IMG/VR virus record: IMGVR_UViG_3300027741_000028
DNA: 58,062 nt
Reading direction: 5' to 3' (one strand)
From: an uncultured virus (IMG/VR IMGVR_UViG_3300027741_000028)
Taxonomy: Duplodnaviria > Heunggongvirae > Uroviricota > Caudoviricetes
Shown: positions 17,548 through 25,239 of the stretch, piece after piece
Layout of the letters: every line of letters begins with the position of its first letter
How positions within the stretch are numbered: position 1 is the stretch's first letter
Notes under the pieces: model-generated
Databases searched by the model: none
Seen by the model: the letters and a program-made list of their open reading frames with translations, nothing else
What the model was told of the DNA's origin: nothing
Program-made: the position numbers and the translations under genes

Positions 17548-20282
17548 TATCCAAACACCGTGTCTATACCGTTAACGGCTTGATTATAAACTTGATATGC
17601 AGCACTGACACTTGTTGAATTTGAGAAACCAACCCTATTGCCAACGTAGATACTACCACCAACTCCAATACCACCGGCGCCTGATATTGTTATTGTACCA
17701 GTGGTGTTTGATAATGATGCTTGTGTATTTTGGATTACAATATATCCAGTGGTTGATATTATTAAATTGCCTGTTACAGTGCCTCCAACCAAAGGTAATT
17801 TTGTATTAGCAGCTGCATAAGCTGATATTGCAGTTGTATTGGCACTGTTAGCTTGTATGTAAGAGTTAGCAGCCAGTGTATTGGCTGAGTTAGCTTGGAT
17901 AAAGGAAGCATTCGCCTGTATGTAAGAATTTGCAGCCAGTGTATTGGCACTATTTGCCTGAATAAAACTAGCATTAGCCTGAATATAAGAGTTTGCTGCT
18001 AAGGTATTGGCTGAATTGGCTTGAATGAAACTGGCATTAGCTTGTATATATGAATTGGCTGCTAATGTGTTAGCAGAGTTTGCCTGAATAAAACTGGCAT
18101 TGGCTTGAATGTATGAATTAGCTGCTAGAGTATTTGCTGAATTGGCTTGTAAGAAAGCCGCATTAGATTGTGTTCTAGCAAATGCATCTGTTGCTGCACC
18201 ACTTGCCGCCGTTGCTTGTGTTGTTCCATCTTGGAAGGTAATCAAACCACCAGAACCAGAAGTCAATGTAAGGTTCGTGGTTAATAAAGTATTATTAGAT
18301 GCAAAAAATTCTAAAGAAGAAACATTACTCAAATAACCATTTGTGTTAGCGTAGATTATTGAGTTGGGTAAATAACCAGAAGATGAACCAGAACCACCAG
18401 CATTTGCTTTTGCGAACGCCGCATATGCCATGGCATTGGCAGCATTGGCTTGTATAAACGAATTAGCAGCCAATGTATTAGCACTATTAGCTTGGATAAA
18501 AGCCGCATTTGCCTGAATATACGAGTTAGCCGCTAATGTATTTGCGGAATTAGCCTGAATAAAACTAGCATTGGCTTGAATGTATGAATTCGCCGCCAAA
18601 GTATTGGCTGAGTTTGCTTGGATAAAAGCCGCATTGGCTTGTATATAGGAGTTGGCTGCTAAGGTGTTAGCTGAATTAGCCTGTATAAATGCCGCATTAG
18701 CCTGAATATAAGAATTGGCTGCTAATGTATTGGCACTATTGGCTTGAATAAAAGAAGCGTTAGCTTGTATATAAGAATTTGCGGCTAAAGTATTAGCACT
18801 ATTTGCTTGTATATAAGAATTGGCTGCCAATGTATTGGCTGAATTTGCCTGTATAAACGCAGCATTCGCTTGAATGTATGAATTAGCCGCAAGAGTATTG
18901 GCTGAGTTGGCTTGGATAAAAGCCGCATTAGCCTGAATATAAGAGTTTGCTGCTAATGTGTTGGCTGAATTGGCTTGAATGAAACTGGCATTAGCTTGTA
19001 TATATGAATTGGCTGCTAATGTGTTAGCACTATTTGCCTGTATAAAAGAAGCGTTAGCTTGAATGTATGAATTGGCAGCTAATGTGTTGGCTGTATTCGC
19101 TTGAATGAAAGCAGCATTAGATTGTGTTCTAGCGAATGCATCTGTTGCTGCGCCACCTGCAGCTGTTGCTTGTGTTGTGCCATCTTGGAATGTAATTATA
19201 CCACCAGAACCAGAAATCAGTGTAATGTTGGTAGTTAGTAATGTATTATTACTTGAAAAGAATTCTAAAGAAGAAACGTTACTTAAATAACCATTCGTAT
19301 TGGCAAAGATTATTGAGTTGGCCAAATAACCAGAAGATGAACCAGAACCGCCAGCATTTGCTTTAGCGAACGCCGCATATGCCATGGCATTGGCAAGATT
19401 TGCTTGTATAAACGAATTAGCAGCCAATGTATTAGCACTATTAGCTTGGATAAAAGCCGCATTTGCCTGAATATAGGAGTTTGCTGCCAACGTATTGGCT
19501 GAATTGGCCTGAATAAATGCCGCATTGGCTTGTATATAAGAGTTTGCGGCTAATGTGTTAGCACTATTTGCTTGTATAAAAGAAGCATTAGCTTGAATAT
19601 AAGAATTGGCTGCTAAGGTATTTGCTGAGTTGGCTTTAATAAACGCTGCATTTGCCTGTATGTAAGAGTTAGCAGCCAAAGTATTGGCTGAATTGGCTTG
19701 AATATATGAATTGGCTGCTAGCGTATTGGCTGAATTTGCTTGAATGAAAGAAGCATTAGCTTGAATATATGAATTAGCCGCTAACGTATTTGCACTATTA
19801 GCTTGGATGAAAGCCGCATTAGCTTGTATAAACGAATTGGCTGCCAGAATGTTAGCACTATTGGCTTGGATAAAGGCAGCATTAGCCTGAATGTAAGAAT
19901 TAGCAGCTAACGTATTTGCCGAGTTTGCTTGTATAAAAGAAGCATTAGCTTGAAGAAAAGAAGCAACAACATTTGCAGATGAACCAGCGTTGTTGGCTGC
20001 ATTGTATGCTGATTGTGCCAATGAATTTGCAGAATTTGCCTGTGCAAATGCACCATTAGCATATACACCCGCTGAGTTTGCCACATATGATGGTGTGTTT
20101 GCTTGTATAAAGGCTGCATTGGCTTGTACAAATGCACCATTTGCTTGTACAAAAGCACCTGCGGCCACATCTCTTGCTATTGTATCAGTTGATACTGCTG
20201 AACTTGTTGTAACGACAGCTGGGCCTTGTTGATTACCAACTTGTACTTTAATTACTGATGGTGGTGTAACTGTTGTTGCCAT
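17547..20282 (-). CDS. Long heptad-repeat (coiled-coil) fibre protein, 911 aa
   Basis: About 25 copies of QANSANTLAANSYI(+QANA[A/S]FI) in three blocks, separated by two copies of an ~80-aa non-repetitive domain. Confidence 0.8.
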   Translation of the reverse strand: MATTVTPPSVIKVQVGNQQGPAVVTTSSAVSTDTIARDVAAGAFVQANGAFVQANAAFIQANTPSYVANSAGVYANGAFAQANSANSLAQSAYNAANNAGSSANVVASFLQANASFIQANSANTLAANSYIQANAAFIQANSANILAANSFIQANAAFIQANSANTLAANSYIQANASFIQANSANTLAANSYIQANSANTLAANSYIQANAAFIKANSANTLAANSYIQANASFIQANSANTLAANSYIQANAAFIQANSANTLAANSYIQANAAFIQANSANTLAANSFIQANLANAMAYAAFAKANAGGSGSSSGYLANSIIFANTNGYLSNVSSLEFFSSNNTLLTTNITLISGSGGIITFQDGTTQATAAGGAATDAFARTQSNAAFIQANTANTLAANSYIQANASFIQANSANTLAANSYIQANASFIQANSANTLAANSYIQANAAFIQANSANTLAANSYIQANAAFIQANSANTLAANSYIQANSANTLAANSYIQANASFIQANSANTLAANSYIQANAAFIQANSANTLAANSYIQANAAFIQANSANTLAANSYIQANASFIQANSANTLAANSYIQANAAFIQANSANTLAANSFIQANAANAMAYAAFAKANAGGSGSSSGYLPNSIIYANTNGYLSNVSSLEFFASNNTLLTTNLTLTSGSGGLITFQDGTTQATAASGAATDAFARTQSNAAFLQANSANTLAANSYIQANASFIQANSANTLAANSYIQANASFIQANSANTLAANSYIQANASFIQANSANTLAANSYIQANASFIQANSANTLAANSYIQANSANTTAISAYAAANTKLPLVGGTVTGNLIISTTGYIVIQNTQASLSNTTGTITISGAGGIGVGGSIYVGNRVGFSNSTSVSAAYQVYNQAVNGIDTVFG
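17830..19960 (-). repeat. Coding tandem repeat, 63-nt (sometimes 42-nt) period, synonymously diverged
   Basis: Protein units are near-identical while third codon positions vary from unit to unit. Confidence 0.9.
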
Positions 20283-20291
20283 GTTGGCCCT

Positions 20292-20633
20292 TTAAAATAC
20301 TGTTACACGGGGTAATACGTTCACTATTCCTTCTAGGACTCTAGATACATTGTTTGTGGAATCTTTAATGGCAACATCATAGACATAACGACCTGCAGCA
20401 ATGTTCGCTGTATTTGCTGATGGTAAAGACATATTCAGTACACCAGAAGTTGGTGTAGAAATTGTAATTGTAAATTGTGCGGTAGCATTTGTTGAATAGT
20501 AAGACTTTCTCATCTGGCTCTTTGCAGTGAAGCCAGTAAGATTATATGGGTCACCATTTACATCATCTAAAGTGATTGATGTGGTGAAATCAGTGCCTTG
20601 TTCTAAAAATAATTCTTGGTACCCAGCTGCCAT
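20292..20633 (-). CDS. Small conserved virion protein (113 aa)
   Basis: LEQGTDF...SQMRKSY...AGRYVYDV...RVLEGIVNVLPRVT pattern seen in environmental T4-like phages; ACTAAATA at 20662-20669 upstream. Confidence 0.75.
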   Translation of the reverse strand: MAAGYQELFLEQGTDFTTSITLDDVNGDPYNLTGFTAKSQMRKSYYSTNATAQFTITISTPTSGVLNMSLPSANTANIAAGRYVYDVAIKDSTNNVSRVLEGIVNVLPRVTVF

Positions 20634-20676
20634 GGTGGTTTTTTCTTATGAGTTATTATGGTATTTAGTACTCGTT

Positions 20677-20943
20677 TTATCCTTTTGGATATTTAGCCTT
20701 GACTGCCCAGCAGTCTGCAATATACTTATCAATCTGTACTTGGTCACTCTTGACAACACCATCAAGGTAATCAGTTATTGGTGGATATTCTGCGGCACGT
20801 TTCTGTGCGTAGGTGAGTTCTGTCTTTGGACGCAGTGCCTCAGCTTCTTCGTCTGTAATTTGGACTGATCCAGCAGGAAGCAGGTACTCGTAGTCAACCG
20901 AGTCAAGGAAATGAACTGAATTGTCTGGTGCTTTGTAGTGCAT
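20677..20943 (-). CDS. Putative tail-fibre assembly chaperone, paralog of 22227-22493
   Basis: HYKAPDNS.HFLD...ITDEEAEALRP...YAQKRAAEYPPI.D.LD...VKAKYPK. Confidence 0.7.
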   Translation of the reverse strand: MHYKAPDNSVHFLDSVDYEYLLPAGSVQITDEEAEALRPKTELTYAQKRAAEYPPITDYLDGVVKSDQVQIDKYIADCWAVKAKYPKG

Positions 20944-20952
20944 GATTTTTCC

Positions 20953-21315
20953 TTAACGAAGTTCTGACCAAAAACTAAATGCAACGCCCGAAATACTTAC
21001 TACATATGAACCGTTTGCAGGAACAATACACATACCAGATGGGTAAGAATAAGTTGCGTTAGTTCCTGAACTCATAACATATACTCCGTTAACAGCCATA
21101 GTTAAGCTAACTCCTATTACTGATGCTCCGGTACTATTAGCTCCTGCCGCCACAGCGATTGGCTTACCTGTTGTGTTGTAATAAGTTGTTCCGGATGCTC
21201 TACTCGCTAAAACGTTTTGCCAAGTTTGTCCTAATCCAAATGAATATGTATTTGATGATGAACTCTGTACTGTAGCATCACTGAATGTGATTGTGCCGTC
21301 TAATATCATTGACAT
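20953..21315 (-). CDS. Short fibre-tip-like protein, paralog of 22506-22892
   Basis: QTWQ...SGTTYYNTTGKPI...IVP..GSY...FWSELR resembles the C-terminal tip of phage tail fibres. Confidence 0.7.
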   Translation of the reverse strand: MSMILDGTITFSDATVQSSSSNTYSFGLGQTWQNVLASRASGTTYYNTTGKPIAVAAGANSTGASVIGVSLTMAVNGVYVMSSGTNATYSYPSGMCIVPANGSYVVSISGVAFSFWSELR

Positions 21316-21349
21316 GATTTAATTCCTTGTGTATCTAAGTTATATGAAT

Positions 21350-21580
21350 TCATGGCAAAGCTGATTTAATTTCATCTACTGTTGTGGCAGAATCAATTTC
21401 TGTTTGCATCACAGAATACTTTTCTCTGATTGCTGCTCTTGCGGCTTCAGCAGCAGTTGCATCAGCACCAGGAATCTGTTTCATAATAACTTCATCATAT
21501 GGTTTGAATTCTTCTGCTCTTGCTGTACGGCGAATACCGTGTGCAATTGTTTTGGCTTTGTCTATATTAATTGTAATCAT
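21350..21580 (-). CDS. Small helical fibre-associated protein (start reassigned to MITINIDKAK)
   Basis: ATG at 21580 overlaps the TGA of the upstream gene (ATGA coupling). Confidence 0.65.
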   Translation of the reverse strand: MITINIDKAKTIAHGIRRTARAEEFKPYDEVIMKQIPGADATAAEAARAAIREKYSVMQTEIDSATTVDEIKSALP

Positions 21581-21768
21581 TCTGTGTACTCCCATGCGGT
21601 ACGGAATGTTCTATCTGTAGGAATGTCTGCAACATCTACAATCTTGTATGGCTTGCCAGCAGGCACGTCCTTGCGAGCAATCTCTTCAATGGATAGATCA
21701 CACTCAGCGGCTGGAATAATGATAGCAACTCCGCCATCATCAGTAGGGTAAATAATTCTTTGATTCAT
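21577..21768 (-). CDS. Small fibre-associated protein, 63 aa (start reassigned to MNQRIIYPT)
   Basis: SD AAGGA precedes 21768; IARKDVPAGKPYKIV...DRTFRTAWE motif. Confidence 0.7.
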   Translation of the reverse strand: MNQRIIYPTDDGGVAIIIPAAECDLSIEEIARKDVPAGKPYKIVDVADIPTDRTFRTAWEYTE

Positions 21769-21782
21769 ATTAGTCCTTTTAA

Positions 21783-22223
21783 TTAGCGGAATACTGCGAC
21801 ATAAACATATGCAGCATCTGCGGTAGAATCGCTTATATTTGCTCTTACAGTAACAAGACAACTTCCTGTTGCTGGTGTTCCTGTTTCACCAACACCTCTT
21901 TCGTTATCTTGTTTTACAATGGCATAATTAGCATCTGGCATAGCTGTAGAAAAGTTAACTGTATATTGACCAATACCGTTATCCGTAATGCTGCTTACAT
22001 TCCCACTGGCCCGAATCGCTACTGTGCCCGTGCCGTTAAAGTTCACCCAAGCACGACAACCGTATGCAGTGGCGGCGGAACCATAGCCTGAGTTGAAGGC
22101 AAAGTCACCATTGGTAGCTGTTGAAGCTACTGTAGTACCGTTTGTTTGTAATTGTAATGCGCCGCTGGTGTCTGCGGATTGAATTAATCCAGCTGATGTA
22201 GAAGCATTTATTGTGACTGCCAT
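21783..22223 (-). CDS. Short fibre-tip-like protein (146 aa)
   Basis: CRAWVNFNG...IRASGNVSSITDNG.G.YTVNF..AMPDANY is a common fibre C-terminal domain. Confidence 0.7.
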   Translation of the reverse strand: MAVTINASTSAGLIQSADTSGALQLQTNGTTVASTATNGDFAFNSGYGSAATAYGCRAWVNFNGTGTVAIRASGNVSSITDNGIGQYTVNFSTAMPDANYAIVKQDNERGVGETGTPATGSCLVTVRANISDSTADAAYVYVAVFR

Positions 22224-22226
22224 TTT

Positions 22227-22493
22227 TTAAACCTTTGGATATTTAGATTTTACTGCTTGAACTTTTACCAACATTTCAGCGGCCGCATCGCCGCCTTTCC
22301 ATAAGGCATCTAGTTGGTCACCTATTGGTGGATATTCAACGGCACGTTTTTCTGCGTAGGTTGGTGTGTACACAGGGCGCAATGCTTCTGCTTCTTCATC
22401 TGTGATTGGCACTGATCCAGCAGGAAGTAGATAGACAAACGAGTCATCATCAAGGAAGTGAATTGAATTGTCGGGAGCTTTGTAGTGTGTCAT
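22227..22493 (-). CDS. Putative tail-fibre assembly chaperone, paralog of 20677-20943
   Basis: Same motifs as 20677-20943 (EYPPIGDQLDALW, VKSKYPK). Confidence 0.7.
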   Translation of the reverse strand: MTHYKAPDNSIHFLDDDSFVYLLPAGSVPITDEEAEALRPVYTPTYAEKRAVEYPPIGDQLDALWKGGDAAAEMLVKVQAVKSKYPKV

Positions 22494-22505
22494 GTTTTTT
22501 TCCTT

Positions 22506-22892
22506 TTAACGAAGTTCGGCCCAAAAACTGGAGGTGCTTGCAGAATACGACCCGCCGGGCGGGACAATAAAAGCATATGTAACGTAAGTTGCAGTACTAC
22601 CCAATCCTGAAATTATGTTTGTGCCGTTAACAGTAATAGTGGGCGTCAGTGTTTGATTACAAGTTATAAAACACTGAATTGGTTTTCCTGTTGTGTTGTA
22701 ATAAGTTGTTCCCGAAACTCTGGTTATTCCGCTTCCATTGACTTGCCAAGTCTGAGAAAAACCAATTACATCAGTTTGTAATGCTAATGTTCCAGTATTA
22801 GCCTGTAGTGTAAGTGTAGTTGTGCCGGCCACGGCTGGTGCAGCCAATGTAACTGCGCCACTGGTGTCTCCTGAAATAATAAGTGAACTCAT
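22506..22892 (-). CDS. Short fibre-tip-like protein, paralog of 20953-21315
   Basis: SGTTYYNTTGKPI...FIVPPGGSYS...FWAELR. Confidence 0.7.
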   Translation of the reverse strand: MSSLIISGDTSGAVTLAAPAVAGTTTLTLQANTGTLALQTDVIGFSQTWQVNGSGITRVSGTTYYNTTGKPIQCFITCNQTLTPTITVNGTNIISGLGSTATYVTYAFIVPPGGSYSASTSSFWAELR

Positions 22893-22902
22893 AATTTTCC
22901 TT

Positions 22903-23160
22903 TTATAGAATAATCCAACGAGAACCTGTTGGTAAGGTCACTGATACACCAGTACCTATTGTTATTGGTCCAGCTGACATACCGGATCTACCAGCAGTCA
23001 TAGTATAATTTGAACTTATTGTACCTATAGATTCATATACAGCACCACCACCATAAGCTATGGTAGATGGCAAAAGTGTTCCTGATAGATTTGCTGTTGG
23101 TATATAACCAGTAGAAGTTGCTGCTTGTCCTAGTGTTGAAAGGTTTCTTGCTAAACTCAT
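22903..23160 (-). CDS. Small fibre adaptor-like protein (85 aa)
   Basis: C-terminal MSAGPITI.TGVSVTLPTGSRWIIL motif; the N-terminus is paralogous to 24400-25239. Confidence 0.7.
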   Translation of the reverse strand: MSLARNLSTLGQAATSTGYIPTANLSGTLLPSTIAYGGGAVYESIGTISSNYTMTAGRSGMSAGPITIGTGVSVTLPTGSRWIIL

Positions 23161-24371
23161 TTAATTTGTCCTTTTAATACTTCTACTTCCATTTTTAATT
23201 CTTTGATAGCTGCAAAAGCCAAAGCACAAAGTTTTTCATAGTCAACTGCTAATGAACCATCTGGTCTTGTTCTTGTGGCAAGTGGGAATACTGATTGTAC
23301 GTCTTGAGCAATCACACCAAAGTCAGCTTTCTGTACGAAGTAACCATCTTCACCACCATGGTCTTGTATATATTCGTCAGTCCAATCAAACAATTTACCA
23401 CCAATTGCATCAACTTTTCCTAATGCATCTGGTATATCTTGTACATTCTCTTTGAACTTCTTATCAGATGAATAATAAGCAGTGATGTTATTTGTTGCAC
23501 GAATTTCACCATTTGCAGTTGATGCCGCAGTACCAACACCAAGTGAATATATTTGTGTATTACCAGATGAAATATTTGGTGAACCAACTAAAGTATTTGC
23601 AGTATTGGCATATGTGGCATTATAAACATATAAGGTGGTTGGATTAGTCCATGTTGGTTGACCAGAACCAGCACTTGTTAATAAATAACCTGATGTACCT
23701 ACTGCTGTATTAGAAGTAGTATTTGCGGCAGACTGATAAAGAACCACACCACCAACACCACCTTGCCCACCTGTATAAGATGGTGATAAGTTATTAACCA
23801 ATGTAACAGTGTATGCAAAGATATCAATTATATCACCTACTCTTGCGCCACCACCTAAAACAATAGTTGATCCGTCTGTTGATGTATAATCAGATGCAGC
23901 AAGTAAAATACCGTTATGATACACTTGTACATAACCTACAGTATATGTTGCTGAGAATGATGTTTGACCTGCTGTTGCTGTATATGTTGTTCTTGTGTAT
24001 GTTGTTGCACCAATACCAGCAGAACCACCAGTAATCAACGTAGTAGATACACCAACAATTCTACCATACTTATCTAAGGTAAGAACTGGTGTATGTGTAC
24101 CATCACCAATTGAATTTACAATAGCTGAATCAGAAAGAACGGTAGCCAATCCTAATGAAACGACACCAACTGCTGCGTTAGCTGTTAGTTGACCACTGTT
24201 TGCATATAAAGATGTGCTTGTAACTGTTACGTTTGCAGCTGAAGTTAATCTACCTTGTTGGTCAACTGTAATAACTGGAACTTGGTGACTAGAAGAAGTA
24301 ACTCCACCACCATATATTCCTGGCGTTACTGCTGTGTTTGCTAATACTGAGGTACTTACTCTTGTTGTCAT
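23157..24371 (-). CDS. Tail fibre with C-terminal intramolecular chaperone (Peptidase_S74-like)
   Basis: YYSSDKKFKENV...FGVIAQDVQSVFP...AVDYEKL...AIKEL matches the autocleaving chaperone pattern. Confidence 0.85.
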   Translation of the reverse strand: MTTRVSTSVLANTAVTPGIYGGGVTSSSHQVPVITVDQQGRLTSAANVTVTSTSLYANSGQLTANAAVGVVSLGLATVLSDSAIVNSIGDGTHTPVLTLDKYGRIVGVSTTLITGGSAGIGATTYTRTTYTATAGQTSFSATYTVGYVQVYHNGILLAASDYTSTDGSTIVLGGGARVGDIIDIFAYTVTLVNNLSPSYTGGQGGVGGVVLYQSAANTTSNTAVGTSGYLLTSAGSGQPTWTNPTTLYVYNATYANTANTLVGSPNISSGNTQIYSLGVGTAASTANGEIRATNNITAYYSSDKKFKENVQDIPDALGKVDAIGGKLFDWTDEYIQDHGGEDGYFVQKADFGVIAQDVQSVFPLATRTRPDGSLAVDYEKLCALAFAAIKELKMEVEVLKGQIK

Positions 24372-24399
24372 TTGTTATATCTCTTTATAATGTTTTTAA

Positions 24400-25239
24400 T
24401 TAAGCCCAGCTGTTAAAAGTGGTGTAAAAATCTAGCAAAATTACATGGTCAGAGCTAGAACCACTAAGAACCGAAGCATAACAACGATATTTTCTAATAG
24501 TATTTGGAGGAACACTATCAGTTCCATTGAATACCACACTGTTTTGATTGGTAGCACCAGCAGAACCAGTACTACCAGATAATAATGTTTCTGCACCACC
24601 ATTATCTGAGTAATTTATATACCAACCACAGCCGTCATCGGAGGCCTTGTTTATCTGGCAATATAAGTTGACAACCATATTTGAAGAAGTGGAATAATTC
24701 TTGACAAGTGGTCCAGTTACTGCTGTACCATTCAAAGTAAATGCTGCGGCAAATTGAGAAACACCAGTATATCTATATGGTGTACCATAATATGTTCCTC
24801 TGGTTTGTACACCAGCAATACTGGTTGACCATAATGCTATGTCGCCGCTTTGCAAAGATTGTGCTGCGGTACCGCCGTGTTGGCCATTTTGCATCAAAAA
24901 GGATTGAGAAGTAGTATCAACAATAGTATTGCCTGAAAGTGTGCTAAATGATGATGTTTGTGAAACTATTTGTGCAATTTGATTGGTGTTGGCCGCAGCA
25001 GTAGATTGTGTTGTACTATCACTGAATGTAATTGATGACAATGTACCAACACCAGTAATGTTACTATAAGAACCAGATAGTCTTGCCGATGGTAACGTAC
25101 CAGAAGTTATATTATTAGCGTTACTGGTATTAACAGCGAGTTGTGATACCGCAATTGTTCCTGATAAATTGGCAGTTGATATAAAACCAGTTGTATTGGC
25201 CGCCGTTGCAAGTAATGCCAAATTACGATTTATACTCAT
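24400..25239 (-). CDS. Fibre-associated protein (279 aa)
   Basis: NITSGTLPSARL and ITFSDSTTQSTAA fibre motifs; ATGA-coupled to the upstream fibre gene. Confidence 0.7.
   Translation of the reverse strand: MSINRNLALLATAANTTGFISTANLSGTIAVSQLAVNTSNANNITSGTLPSARLSGSYSNITGVGTLSSITFSDSTTQSTAAANTNQIAQIVSQTSSFSTLSGNTIVDTTSQSFLMQNGQHGGTAAQSLQSGDIALWSTSIAGVQTRGTYYGTPYRYTGVSQFAAAFTLNGTAVTGPLVKNYSTSSNMVVNLYCQINKASDDGCGWYINYSDNGGAETLLSGSTGSAGATNQNSVVFNGTDSVPPNTIRKYRCYASVLSGSSSDHVILLDFYTTFNSWA

Noticed and set aside
17830..19960. CRISPR-like or non-coding tandem array
   Set aside because: Units are in-frame coding repeats with wobble variation and no unique spacers, and no cas genes are present.
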